Source: Octopus bimaculoides (taxonomy: Eukaryota). Taken from it: a DNA stretch of 64,000 nucleotides. Position 1 is the stretch's first letter. The number at the start of each line of letters is the position of its first letter. The translations under genes were made by a program, and so were the position numbers. The stretch is from NCBI RefSeq assembly GCF_001194135.2, contig NC_068992.1, positions 30,158,475 to 30,222,474 on the forward strand, written 5' to 3'. Below are positions 1-12,126 of the stretch, in pieces. The notes under the pieces were generated by a model that ran no database searches, had not been told where the DNA came from, and saw nothing but the letters and a program-made list of their open reading frames with translations.

Positions 1-59
1 ATATATATATATATATATATATATACGTACATACATACATTCATACATAAATGTACGTA

Positions 60-212
60 TACAACAACAGGCTCCTTTTCCTTTCTGTCCACAAAACGTA
101 CTCAGAAGACTTTAGTCGGGTCGAGTCTCTAGTAGACATATGCTTATGTTGCGATGCAGTGGGACTGAGCCTGGAAGCATGCGGTTGGGGAGCAACCTTT
201 TTACCGCGCAGA
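60..212 (-). mobile_element. Degenerate tRNA-derived SINE (family A, 5' half)
   Basis: Reverse complement aligns by eye with the family-A head and body at 55013-55177 (shared gcagtgggactga and agtagaagac-like blocks), next to an (AT)n tract. Confidence 0.7.
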
Positions 213-896
213 AACTGAATTGCAAGGGAGACTCGTAGTCTGAGATTCATTTGATATTATTGTAGAGATAGTTAGATCAAAGAACACAAAGAGAAAAACA
301 TCAACATCCTAGTTATATTCTGCATATATTATTAAGTTATATCAACTTAGCGCATTTCATTAATATAGAAAATAACAATATTTCAATGAAAGCGTCATTA
401 GCAGATGGTAAACATCAATGCTTTCCTCGTAACCTTAGTAAGTTTCCGGGAACATTTTCTCTTAAAATATTAATTACTCTAAGCCACCGTTAATGTTTGA
501 TTAAAAATGTCTTGTATATAGTTTACTTTGGGACGATAAGTAATTCTTGGAAGAGCCTAAGATTTTCTATGCCTGACCACAATAAATGTCTTCACGAAAT
601 AGGGTTTGTGCATGTTCAAGGGAGAAAGAGAAGGTAGAGAGATATGCACACAGGAAATGAGATAAGTATGTAGAAAGAGAGAAAGAAAGACGAAGTAAGA
701 AGAAACGATATGAAGGTGAATTGACTCCGGTCTTGAAATGAGTATTTTATAACCGAAAATTAAATGCTGTAACTTATTGTTGACTGCGGTGCGATTAGAA
801 GCCGAAATTATTGTCGCAAACCTGCCTATCTGACGCCGTAACCATCTCAGTAGTAGCCTGTGTCATCAATATTATTACTAATAAAATAATCGAGCA

Positions 897-1499
897 TCAA
901 CAGGAAAATTTACATACATATATATCTACATTGTATACTAAGTATATATTCATATTAAGTATATTAGCATAATTATACTTTACGGTTTCTCTCAAGGAAA
1001 TTGTCTCTAGTGTATGATTATCCGACTCTTGAATAATGTCGATATTTTTCATTGAATTATAACAATTCTTTTGACTAGATTCGTCCCTGATTATAGTCAC
1101 GACTTAAAAATTCTGGCAAATATCATATATCAAGTTACTGGTACGAAAAAGAACCCCACATGTATAGACGTTAACATAGACTCCACTAAAGTTTGAATTC
1201 AGGGTTGAACATTAAATGCTATAAACCTAATATATCTTGTAATTACTTGTTTTAAACTCTTGTAAGTGAAAGTTAGCAATCAGGTCAATTGATTTCCCTG
1301 ACTATATAAATTGTTTGATTTCGATGTTTTCTAATTTGTTAGCGTCTCCTATGATCTATTTTCTCTCAACCAGATCACTCATCCAAACAATTTCCGATGA
1401 AACTTTCGCACACAGCTTCTGATATAATATTCTTGTGCGCCCTTTTGTATAATAAATTCGATTGAATTTTACGCACTTTCTTAAGAAAATTTCGCTTAC
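897..1499 (-). pseudogene. Candidate decayed coding frame of unknown identity
   Basis: One minus frame has only 5 internal stops in about 200 codons in very AT-rich DNA (VSEIFLRKC...IIYQKLCAKVSSEIVWMSDLVERK*IIGDANKLENIEIKQF...DICQNF*...). Weak remembered resemblance to very-large-GTPase (GVIN/VLIG) C-termini, unverified. Confidence 0.25.
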
Positions 1500-1920
1500 A
1501 TATATATTAGGCAGCTGGAAAATGTTCACTTTTCCTTGCAGACATTGGAAGTTAATTTAAATGAAGTCTATAAATCTATATGCGTTCTGAATATTTGAAC
1601 CGTCCTATATTGGAACTGATGCTATTTTTACAGATGCATCATAATTTCATCAAGTCGTTTGTGTTTACAAATTTGCTAATGCAATTGTTATTCTTGAGTC
1701 ATGTATGTTTCAAAGAATAACGGAAGTGAAATCATTTTGAATAAATTGATGCTGCAGTAGATATTAGTAGGATTTTTGTAGTTGTTTTTTTCAAGTCTAA
1801 ATACCTAAGGACTGATCAGCATGCTTATATGATGGATGATATTATTAACTTGGTTGTTATGTGTAATTTATTCTATTGTGTATGAGCTGAGATGTCAGAT
1901 TTTAACTCTTGTCTTTTGAC

Positions 1921-2708
1921 CAGATATTCTGTAAATATCTTACTTGTAATTCAAGCTATATGCTCTACGATGTTCATACAATAACTTGCAAATTAAGTTT
2001 TAAGACTACGTATAATGTTTTGTGCGATAAAATTAGCCCGTAAGTAGATGCGTATACTGGAAATCATACTTTGGCAAGCGTTAGAAACATCTGTCTAATT
2101 TCAGAATTTCCGCCCCTATCATCCTACAAGTCACGGAAGCCCTCAAAAAGCCACCCCGTCCTCCCTTTACAGAGAAAATAAGGTGATTAGAATAATGTAA
2201 TTATATGTACTTATAATTCAATAATACGTAGTTTAGTTAAATGTGTCTTCGTAATTAAATAGACAATACAGTTTATTCTACATCTAATCTATATCACTTA
2301 CATATCTTGAAAGCTTAAACCGCGTTTCTACCTCAACTTTTCATATGTACGAAAGGGACATGTTTGTTTGATTTTAACTCATTATTTCTGGCATTTCCCC
2401 CCAGTAATATTTCCATTTCTTATTTTCTCATGATTTATATTGAAATAATACCGTTCAAAGTTTTCTAAGTTTTTGTCAGGAGAACAACAGTATCGAAGAG
2501 CAAAAGCATTCGACCGCATCCAACTGAAGTACCAAGTATTACACATGTCTCTTCGACACTAGACCGGAATATTTTTTTATCATAAATGTAACCAGCATCA
2601 ATAGTGCTTTTAAACAGATATTCTGTGATTGTCCTACTTTTAAGTCAAGTTGTATGTTCTACGATCTTCATACAATAAACTGCAAATTACTTTCTGTCAC
2701 TACGTATA
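1921..2708 (+). repeat. Diverged ~95-bp direct repeat pair (1921-2015 and 2616-2708)
   Basis: cagatattctgt...ctacgat(g/c)ttcatacaataa...tgcaaatta...actacgtata occurs in both copies. Confidence 0.8.
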
Positions 2709-3429
2709 AAACAATAGGTACAAATCTTCTTTTAGCTATACAGTCTCAAGCAACACACGGACACGACGTTTATGCATTTCCTTTGTAAGTCAACTCATAT
2801 TCTGTGTAGGAGTTTTAAAACTAAAAGTATAACCTACGTACAAATACGAAGCAAACACTATACGTCTGTCAAATTCTTTTGGTGTAACATTCCGTTATTA
2901 TGAACGACCAGGTACTGTACTGAATATGAACATATTTTGCTGGATTCTGACCCCCATTGGTGTTCTATTTCCGAATCCATTCGAGTTTACCATTGACTTC
3001 CCAACAAAAAACTCGGAACGAGATCGAAGAAACTATTTTACCACATTGAAATTATCGGGTACTGCTTGCCTTTACACAATTCTATACAGATAATAAAATA
3101 CATTAGTCAGAATTAGATTTACTTGCTTTAACATTTATTAACACTTTTGTTTTATTTTCCTTCAAGAACGTTGCCCTTCTCTTAATGAATCTTTAAATTA
3201 TTATGAGTTTAGTAAACTAATATTGACATAATTAAGTTCATGATCGGAACATAAATTTCCATGAAATTTTGATGAAAGTTCTTAGTTTAGAGGAATTTTA
3301 AGAATCGAAATTTATAACATACAAAGAAGGGCGGTAGTGTTTATATGATGCAGTAAATTATGAGAGCACTTATTCAACAAGGAAAATTAAAAAAATAATA
3401 AACCGAATTCCAAATGGATTAGCAACGAA

Positions 3430-3590
3430 TGTTCGCCGCCAAAAAATACCATATCATTTTAAACAAAGAAGACTATACGGAGCAATGTATTACTCCATAG
3501 ACTTTCGAGAGAGGAATGAAGCAAATTGTTAAACATTACGATCATTTTAAGTAAATAATCTCCAACTTACCCAAAATCCGAACACTATAC
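3430..3590 (+). mobile_element. Possible very old Penelope-like RT N-terminal remnant
   Basis: Translation KKYHIILNKEDYTEQC...SNLPKIRT resembles the PLE motifs DKG..VILNK.DY and LPKIHK, with stops in between. Confidence 0.25.
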
Positions 3591-5564
3591 ATGTATATAT
3601 ATATTACTTGCATATAATAATTATGTAACTGGTATGTATCCCTTCAGCTACTGCGAATAGCGCTACTCACCTACAAGTAGAAAAGAAGAAATATCGAATC
3701 TATGTTAACTGAGTAAAATGCCTCATAGTTTTAAATATTTTCACAAAGACAACAAGCATCTACTGGTAAAAAGTTTGTTAACTATTCCTTTAATATAGTA
3801 CAGAAACAAACATATACAAATAAAACATAAACAAATGCAAACACATATATATATCATAAAAAGGGTAATATAGTATGCATTCTTTCAATTGTTGATGGTT
3901 TAATGCTCATTTCAAAATTGTATGGAAAGACAGTTTATTTTACGAGTAACTAGTTCTTATACATTTGCTACGTACGGAATGTAATGTCAGAAGAATTTTT
4001 ACTCTTAGTTACAGAGTATGATGCATATTCTTGAGAAACTGTAAGATAAGGGGAAACTGTTATGAAATTGTGCTTATACTGTGCGTAGTTGAATTGTTGG
4101 AAGTTATTTCATCGTGTTGAGAAAAGATATTTAAAAATATTATTTCCAGCACTTGGGCTAATGTAGCGGTTTATATGAAAATATTCACCTTTGTAAGATA
4201 TTCTCGATGAATTTGCAGGAATATAAGTATAAATGTATACGCAGATATTAGCAAATTAAATATCTACTTGATGAGAGAAATACATCGTAATTGTATAATG
4301 ATTTATTACAAAATATATGTTTTAAAATGCCATCACCAACAATAATCATTGGTTAAATCTCGAGAAAAATTGACACAGCTGTCATAAAATAAAGATTGTT
4401 TAGCTATTAGTATATAAGTATATACGATATTACGGAGCTCATTATTTTTGAAAATGGTTTCTTTTCTAATGTTAAGTGAACAGTTAATTTTTCATAACCT
4501 TAAAAATATAGATATAACATTTGCTTGTCAGTCACTATTTGAAAAAAACAAAATATTCACGCATATCGGATAGGGTTTCCTTTTGTCATTATTATTCTTT
4601 TAAATAAAGATGTAGCTATTGTAAACTTCCTTTCCATCATGCGAAAGTTACTCTCAGTTACATATGCATCTTGACAGCTGTGATATAGGGAACTATTGAA
4701 ATAGGAATGCTTTGATGTGTTCCTTTACGTAGTAAATTGCACTGTACGAAAAACCAAAAAATGTCAGTATGGCCGATTTTATTAAATTATTTAAATTCTA
4801 CAAGGTGATTTAAGTATTTTCTCTTAGTATATTGTCCTTTACTTATGTAAATATTCTGATGAGATGGGAAACGTAAATATCAACTTTTGATTTTCTATCT
4901 TGTGTCTTTATTGTTCTTCTCTTCTCTGAAATATCCTATGTAGAAGCTGTTTTCACTGACTTACTCATTCTCATCATGAAAACACAAAAGTTCGCAAGAC
5001 TGGGCGATATATTATAGCTGCATGACATACTTATGTTTGCTAACAGTTGAGACAGTGTATTCATGTATAAATCAAGGCAGGACCCTGCCACGTAATGAAT
5101 ATCTGTTCAGCATCACCGTCGACTGAAAATATACGCAGCAAAAGGAGTTAAATGGAGGGGTATTAAGAATTTGAAGATACAAAAAACAACTAACTGGTAA
5201 TGAACACTATTTTAAGACATGATCAGATAACTGGCAAGTCTGATCTATTCTTCTGAAGATTCTACCACTTAACTATATATGGAGTTAATAATGACAACAA
5301 TAGTAATTATTGAGGACATAACAAAAAGTAAGAATGCTTGGACAAAGTATTCCTGCATATCTAATATATGTTTAGCTACTGTGACTCGCCAATGAGTTTA
5401 ATTTATTTGTTGGCCAGTATATACATATATATATATATATATATACAATGAATAATATAATCCGATTGCGTTCTTGTAAATAATAATAGTCAGATGCTTG
5501 GAAAAACTAAATTGATAAAAAAAACATGAGCAGTTTACACTTGTGATGATAATGATGTTGTTGA

Positions 5565-5568
5565 TGGC

Positions 5569-5638
<70 letters not shown>

Positions 5639-5760
5639 GTGATGATGGTGATGATGATGAGGAGGAGGAGGAGGAGGAGGAGGAGGATTATGACGACGAC
5701 GATAGTGTTGTTATAGTTGGTGATGAGGGTGTTGATAATGATCATGAGCATGATGATGTT
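5565..5760. repeat. (GAT)n/(GAG)n compound microsatellite
   Basis: Direct reading. Explains the poly-Ile/Leu ORF 5398-5751. Confidence 0.95.
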
Positions 5761-6374
5761 TGCATTTGTCGTGGTAGTGATGTTGCTACTGCTGTTGCTG
5801 AAGGTGGTGTAGACGATTAGGATAACTGTGACAGAAGCCTGCGAATGATAATTAAGATGATTATAATGAAAGGTGATATTAGAGTGCTATTAAATGCGTG
5901 AAATTAAGAAGTGTAACTTCAAATTTCTTCTAAATATATGTTTCAAACAAATATTTAGAAGACTATTACACTCATACTTCTTAGATTCATAGCTCAAGTT
6001 TCGACATTCTCAAATATCGACTGGGTTAAGAGGAATACATTGTGAAAATTACATATCGTTAAATATGTCACTTTTGGCGTGTACCAAGCTGGATTTGATC
6101 AGGCTTTTGTGATAGTAATGGCAACATTCTTAGAATTATGCTTTCGTGACCAAAGTCATTGCTGCTGAACTAGTTTAAGTCGATACAGAACATGTTCATG
6201 AATATTCCGTCCTTGTCTGAGTAAATTATTGTAATTCTCTTCAGTATACGCTTGATTGTCTCAAGTAAGTTTCTAGTTGTATATTTTCTTATACTAAGGA
6301 GATAGACAATTCGATAGAGACGTAATTTAAGATGGAGGAAAACAAGGAAAACGAAACATGAAAACAAAAGTCAG

Positions 6375-6680
6375 TAATGATGATGATATTGATGATGATG
6401 TTCACGCTAATGATTATGATGATGATGAAGATGATGATGTGGAGGAGGAGGAAATGGAAGCGGGGGATGACAACGACTACGATGATGACCAACATCATAA
6501 TTATATAAAATAGAACCATCACGACAAATGTCATCATCAAAATCCACCCCCACCTCTACCTCATCATCATCATAATCATGATCACGATCATGATCATGTC
6601 CATAATCATCATCATTATCCACAACACTAAAACCTTCAAAAGCAACTGTTCTCATCATCAACATTATCATCACCATCATT
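6375..6680. repeat. Degenerate (GAT)n followed by degenerate (CAT)n tract
   Basis: Direct reading. Source of ORFs 6289-6540 and 6407-6679. Confidence 0.85.
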
Positions 6681-7680
6681 TTTGCGGTTGACTTCGTTGT
6701 AATGGGCGTGAAGCAGGTACTGGGAGTGATGTTGTTGGTGGTAGTGGTTTGAGTGATGGTGGTAGTGATTTGAATGATAATGTAATTAATGCAAGGTATC
6801 TAATACACTTAACGACGAAAAATAAATGAGAAGTTTAAAGAAATAGAAGGCAATCAATGAACAAAATGCTAAAAAACAAAAACGAACAAAGTAGGAATAA
6901 ATATCGAAGTTAAGCCAAATGTAATGCAAAAGACAAAATCAGCCGACGAAGCGAAAATGGAGAGAAAAAAAGTGATGTAAAGAAAACGTAAAACAAGATT
7001 AAAGAAAAATTGAAAACATTGCGATTAGAAAGACAAAAAGTTAACACTACAAGAGGAAAAAGTTCTCGGAAAAACAAAGCGATCAGAAAAAGTCTATGCA
7101 AAGAAGGAATATACACGGAGAGGAAGGAAATGATATACAACAGACGAGAAAAAAAGGCAGGAAGTATAAGGCGACAAGAATATTAGTAAGGTAACGATAT
7201 AGCATTACTAAAGACAAAATATGAATTACAATGTCAAAAAAGAGATAAAAGCAGAGTGAAAATATGTAGTGGTAAATGAAAGAAAAATACAAAGTTGAAT
7301 ATAATCGGAGACACTATAGACGCATTTGCTAAAAATTAAATTTGGAAAGTCATATAGAAATAAGTAAAAAGAGAAAAGCGGATGAAATTATAAAAGTTAA
7401 GTAGTGGAGAAGAATCGACGAAGAGAAGATGATTACATATCATTCCATAGTATTTTGAAGAACTAGAAACCAAAACATAGCTGAATAACATGATGATACA
7501 TATGAAGAAATATTCATCGACCAGCACGTTTGTGGAAGCGTTAGTCGATCCATCTACACCAATGCTTTACCGATCCATCTTTTAATCGATTCAGGATTGA
7601 TGGTGAACAAAGGTGAATTTGGTGGTATAGACTAGATAAAAGACGGAACAAATATTACGATTCCGTCAAGAAAACATTAG

Positions 7681-7682
7681 TT

Positions 7683-7727
<45 letters not shown>

Positions 7728-7728
7728 A

Positions 7729-7764
<36 letters not shown>

Positions 7765-7813
7765 GCTACTGCTGCTACTGCTGCTGCTGCTGTTGCTGCT
7801 GCTTCTGCTTCTT

Positions 7814-7876
<63 letters not shown>

Positions 7877-7965
7877 ATATTTTGTCAAATTCTTTGTGCT
7901 TGGACAGTAACAGCAACAACAACAACCACAACAACCACAATAATAGCAACAACAACAATAATAAG
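7681..7965. repeat. (ACT)n-(GCT)n-(ACT)n and (AAC)n microsatellites
   Basis: Direct reading. Source of the poly-Val/Leu/Thr ORFs. Confidence 0.95.
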
Positions 7966-8449
7966 ACAAAGCACAGTTTCTCCCATCTACGATGTCTCAG
8001 TGAAACTTGCGAAAGACACATGCGAATTCAACATCGGAATGTTTACATGTGATAAAATGTAAGTGGAACAAATCACTAAGTACGTAAATTGATTAATTAC
8101 ACGTACACTCTAATATATACACAATCATATATACATTTCAACACACATAGGACTACATATACATCCACATGTTTACACAACTACATGAAATTTACAGGAT
8201 ACACATCACATACATGTATATGAAAGCACGTGTCACAAGCGAATCAAAAAATAAACATTAAACATTTTTTTTTCAACTAATACAGAGTGAAAAATTCATA
8301 CGTTTAAAAGCACCACAAAAAAACTATGCCCAGAGACAAATCTATCTAGAGAGAAAATACAGACGAATAAAGATCTGTTAGTCATAAGAACCTACGTTAC
8401 GAGTAATGTCTTCATTCAGAGAATGTCAACGTCTAAGCTCGTCATGACT

Positions 8450-10760
8450 CAATGATAACAAAGCAAAATACAAACCGGAAAATCGGTCACCCGGTTCAAC
8501 AAGGGTTGCGTACCCCAGTCAGGAACCAGACTGGACACGAAAAATCAGCTACTGGTTCAAATGCTCCCGAAACACAGGAGCTGGAAGTACCCCACGACCG
8601 GAATATACCAACAGAAGACCATCCACGCTCGTCATCAAATAATGAAAAGAAAAGAATGAAACATGGTCTAGGGGAGATGATGAAGAAGTTATTAAAGCCT
8701 ACTAGCATGCCATTATTTCCCCACAAATAAATCTAATACTAAACGAACCTACCTGAAATTGAGGCACAAGCACCTTGAAGTAAGATCATATATAGAAATT
8801 AGTAACTGGATTAGAGAATGACCAAATTAAACAATCATTAAGGGATAAAGGGAACGAAGTTGCAGCTAAAGAAGATACTACAGAAGAAATAGTTTTAGAC
8901 CAATCCAGGTCTGATAAAAATGCAGTAATGATAGAAAGAGTTAATGTAACTGTTAAGCCCAGTGAAAAAACCTCAAGTTTAACAAGACTATCTAAACAAC
9001 AAAACCCGAAAATAAAAGAAGAAATATAATATGAAAAACATACTTGACATCGATACTACCATAGACGATATAAAGCAAAAGATATGCGCTGTAGCTACCC
9101 GAATAGCACGGTACCAAATGCGTATTAGATTCTTCAAGTACAAGAGTATGCCAAAGAATACCCCCAAAATTTTTCCCAGGAAGATAGTTAAAATCTCAAT
9201 TAAAATTCCCCTCAAAAGAAGTGCAGGAATTTTGGAATAAAATTTAGGCTAAAGAAAAAAAAAACACACACACAATCAAAAAGCCCCTTGGATTGATAGA
9301 TTATCTACTGACTTAAACTTCTTAGAAGAGCAAAAAGTGGGAGGGTATCAAGATAGAAGATGTAAGATCTGCTCTCAGGAAGTCAAACAAATGGAAGTCT
9401 CCAGGAAAGGATATAATTCCTAACTTCTGATTGAATTCTTTCCCAGAGAGTCATGAACTGCAAACAAACTTTACAACAATGTTTTGAAACAACCTAGTAC
9501 AATTCCCTCCTGTCAAGTTAATAGTGTTACATAACTATTTCCAAAAAATGAAGACACTAATGAACCAAAAAATTATAGACCCATAACCTGCCTAACAACA
9601 ATGCATAAAATACTAGCATCTGTCTTGACTGAATATACCTATAATTTTTTGATAGAATGTGACATATTGCCCAATAAGCAAAAAGAATGTCAGCGTGGGT
9701 CCTATGGTTTAAAGATAACTGGGGCCTAGTCGACTACATCAACCCACGTGATTCACTGATATTTAATTTATCAACTCCGAAGGGATGAAATGCTAAGAAC
9801 GAATAAAAAAAAAGAACTAATAATAATAATATCAGTGGAAGACTGCGTGGAGTTAGCTAGAGTAGATACATACTCTTATGTAGGTAATAGTAAAGAAAGT
9901 TTATAAAATGCCGCTAGAGCCACAGCAAGATATATGGAAACCAAAACAATAAATGAACTTAAAAACCAGAAAAAAAGAGTAACTATCTGACTGGTAGGAG
10001 AAGGCGTTGCATGGTAGATTCCCAGAAATATTTTCAGTAAATAGTAGTAGTGAGACATGGTTATAGTTGCAGAAGTGAAAACTGAAGAGGGAGACAGAAA
10101 ACATGTTAGGAGCTACACAAGATCAAGCATTAAGTACTAATTAGATAAAAGCCAAAGTAAACAAAAACGAAATAGATTCTCAATGTAGATTATGCAAATC
10201 AAAATAGGAAAGTGTTACTCATATGCATGTAGCATGCTGAAACAGAAAGAATACAAGAAAGACATGACAATCCAAGGATAGCACTTTGTAGAAAGCTAGA
10301 ATTTGAATATACTGATAATTGGCATGAACATGAATCTATTAAAGTACTAGAAAGTAAGAAGTACATGTTGTTGTGGGACTGACAGAGCTAGGAGGCCTGA
10401 TTTGATAGTAGTAGATAAAGAGGATAGGAAGTGCCCGATAATTGACCTTATATTCCTAAATGATGAGAACATTAATATGAAAAGTATAGAAAAATAGCAA
10501 AGTGCCAGGCCCAAGGTACTGGATTACAGAGACTATGGAAGGTGCGTGTAAAATGTATCGGAGGAGTTATAGGTGCATTGGGAACTATCCCTAAATATCT
10601 GAACCGACGAATAGAGGAAATAGGCATAAAACTCAGTTTAGTGCAGTTGCAGAAGACGGTGTTATTAGGGATAGCTAGGATACTTTGGAGGGTTCTTGGC
10701 ACCTAAGGCCCGATATTAGTATTCTCTTCCTTTCTAACAGTCTAATCTGTTGAGTGTATA
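8450..10760 (+). mobile_element. R4/Dong-clade non-LTR retrotransposon (RT + restriction-like endonuclease), decayed, RT core deleted
   Basis: Frame-broken translation gives DVRSALRKSNKWKSPGKD (~9360-9415), PKNEDTNEPKNYRPITCLTT (~9540-9600), ISVEDCV, ALHGRF, QDQALSTN..DSQCRLCK..ESVTH (zinc knuckle), RRPDLIVVDK (REL) and IGALGTIP...QKTVLLGIARILWRVLGT* (~10705). Ends in (TAA)n(AAG)n. A SINE fragment (~9729-9792) sits at the deletion junction. Confidence 0.9.
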
Positions 10761-10783
10761 ATAATAATAAGAAGAAGAAGAAG

Positions 10784-11109
10784 AAATGGAAAAACTTTCA
10801 AAATACAAAGACCTGGAAATAGAGATAACTCGAATGTGGAGTCTAAAAACAGAAGCAATTCCTATCATAGTAGGTGCCTTAGGTATAATAAAAAATATTC
10901 AGACAAATACATAACAAAAACACCAGGACTTACAAATATATATAACATACAGAAAATTGCACTACTAGGTACTGCACACATTCTACGCAAAACACTTTCA
11001 ATACAGTAAACATAAGAGCGCCACAGCAAACCACAGCACATACCCAAGGCGCACAGAGCTGCGCTCGGTAGTGAAGTGAAAGCACGTTATAAAAATAAAA
11101 CTACTGAAC

Positions 11110-11172
<63 letters not shown>
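10784..11172 (+). mobile_element. Second R4/Dong-clade element, 5'-truncated 3' end with UTR and (AAT)n tail
   Basis: MEKLSKYKDLEIEITRMWSLKTEAIPIIVGALGII / (one frameshift in an A-run) / KYITKTPGLTNIYNIQKIALLGTAHILRKTLSIQ* (stop 11007-11009), then ~100-bp UTR and (AAT)n at 11110-11172. Confidence 0.9.
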
Positions 11173-11880
11173 TTGTTTATTGCTTACAAGAGTCCTACGC
11201 AAAAACAAAAATACACGACCAAGAACAGTGAGGATTTACATTTAATGCGTGTAAAGCTTAAAAAAAAACAATAACAACAATAATCACACAAGCAGTAATA
11301 TTCCGCCAAGGCACCTCGGGCGGGTACCCGTATTCTCCCAAGTCCCTTCAGCTTACAGGGGTCTGCTCGAGGAGGCATAGTCTTACGGGCCACCCTTCAA
11401 CAAAATTACTGAGGTGGGGTATTTCTTTTCTCCACTCTCACTTTACTTTAGAGATTGAACTTCAAAATGTTGATGAGGCATTAGTTGAAGGGGAAAGTAT
11501 CTATCTTCAGTCCTATACACCTCGTCTACCACACTGTCTCTTCCGCCACAGCCACCAGACAACAAAATTGCCTGCTCTTTCTGGCGAAAAGAAGTGAGGT
11601 GATCTTCCCAACATGCTCCTCCACTTAGTAAATCTATCCTACTCAAGATATTAGCTGTTCGATATTAGCTCCATAAAACAGCAATGCCCGGACAATGGGC
11701 AGGTGTATGCAGAACGGTTTCATCGCTCTGCACCCAACTGAGACAGGTCCGGCTGACAGTACTTCTGTGCCTCTTACTGATGTCCAGAACTGTCACGTCT
11801 TCCAGGTAGCACTGCGAGTTCAGGGATTTCTCGATTTTTTTCCATAGGCCTGGGCCTTAAAGTCCTCTGAAATGACCAAC
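11173..11880 (-). mobile_element. L1/Tx1-like LINE, 3' end of ORF2 and UTR
   Basis: Minus translation contains ETVLHTCP (zinc-knuckle region). The element ends with AATAAA (11176-11181) abutting the (TTA)n tract. It continues upstream at 12127-12400 beyond the SINE insertion. Confidence 0.65.
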
Positions 11881-11884
11881 CATT

Positions 11885-12125
11885 GTTTACATTATTTACA
11901 TTATTTACATTAGTTACATTCGACGGATATTTATCCTTTGATGTTTACACAACGTTTCGGCTAATATACCCTCAGCGTTCTTCAGGTGTCTTGGTTTCTC
12001 ATTCCTAAGGTATTTTCGATGTTATTATTATTATTATTATTATTATCGTTGTTGCTCAGGTCACTGCTTAGAATCGAACTCAGAATCTTAGGGTTAATAG
12101 CCCGCGCTCTTAACCACTATGCCAT
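11885..12125 (-). mobile_element. tRNA-derived SINE carrying a hammerhead ribozyme motif
   Basis: Minus strand: A box TGGCATAGTGG (12124-12114), anticodon-like loop CTATTAA, B box GTTCGATTC (~12079-12071), (AAT)n linker, hammerhead core, then a tandem (AATGTAAAT)-type tail. It interrupts the Tx1-like element. Confidence 0.85.
11947..11990 (-). ncRNA. Minimal type I hammerhead ribozyme motif (Penelope type), possibly mutated
   Basis: GACAC-CUGAAGA-A-C-GCUGA-GGGUAUA-UUAGC-C-GAAA-C-GUU-GUGU: stem I ACAC/GUGU, intact CUGANGA and GAAA, 5-bp stem II, loop-less palindromic stem III, GUU triplet. There is a C-C mismatch at the base of stem II. Confidence 0.75.
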
Positions 12126-12126
12126 T

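Noticed and set aside
8380-8450. HDV-like ribozyme at the 5' end of the R4/Dong element
   Set aside because: Plausible from family knowledge, but I could not fold a nested double pseudoknot here.
12050-12125. tRNA gene
   Set aside because: It has A and B boxes and an anticodon-like loop but no complete acceptor stem. It is a SINE head, as are the other tRNA-like heads in the window.
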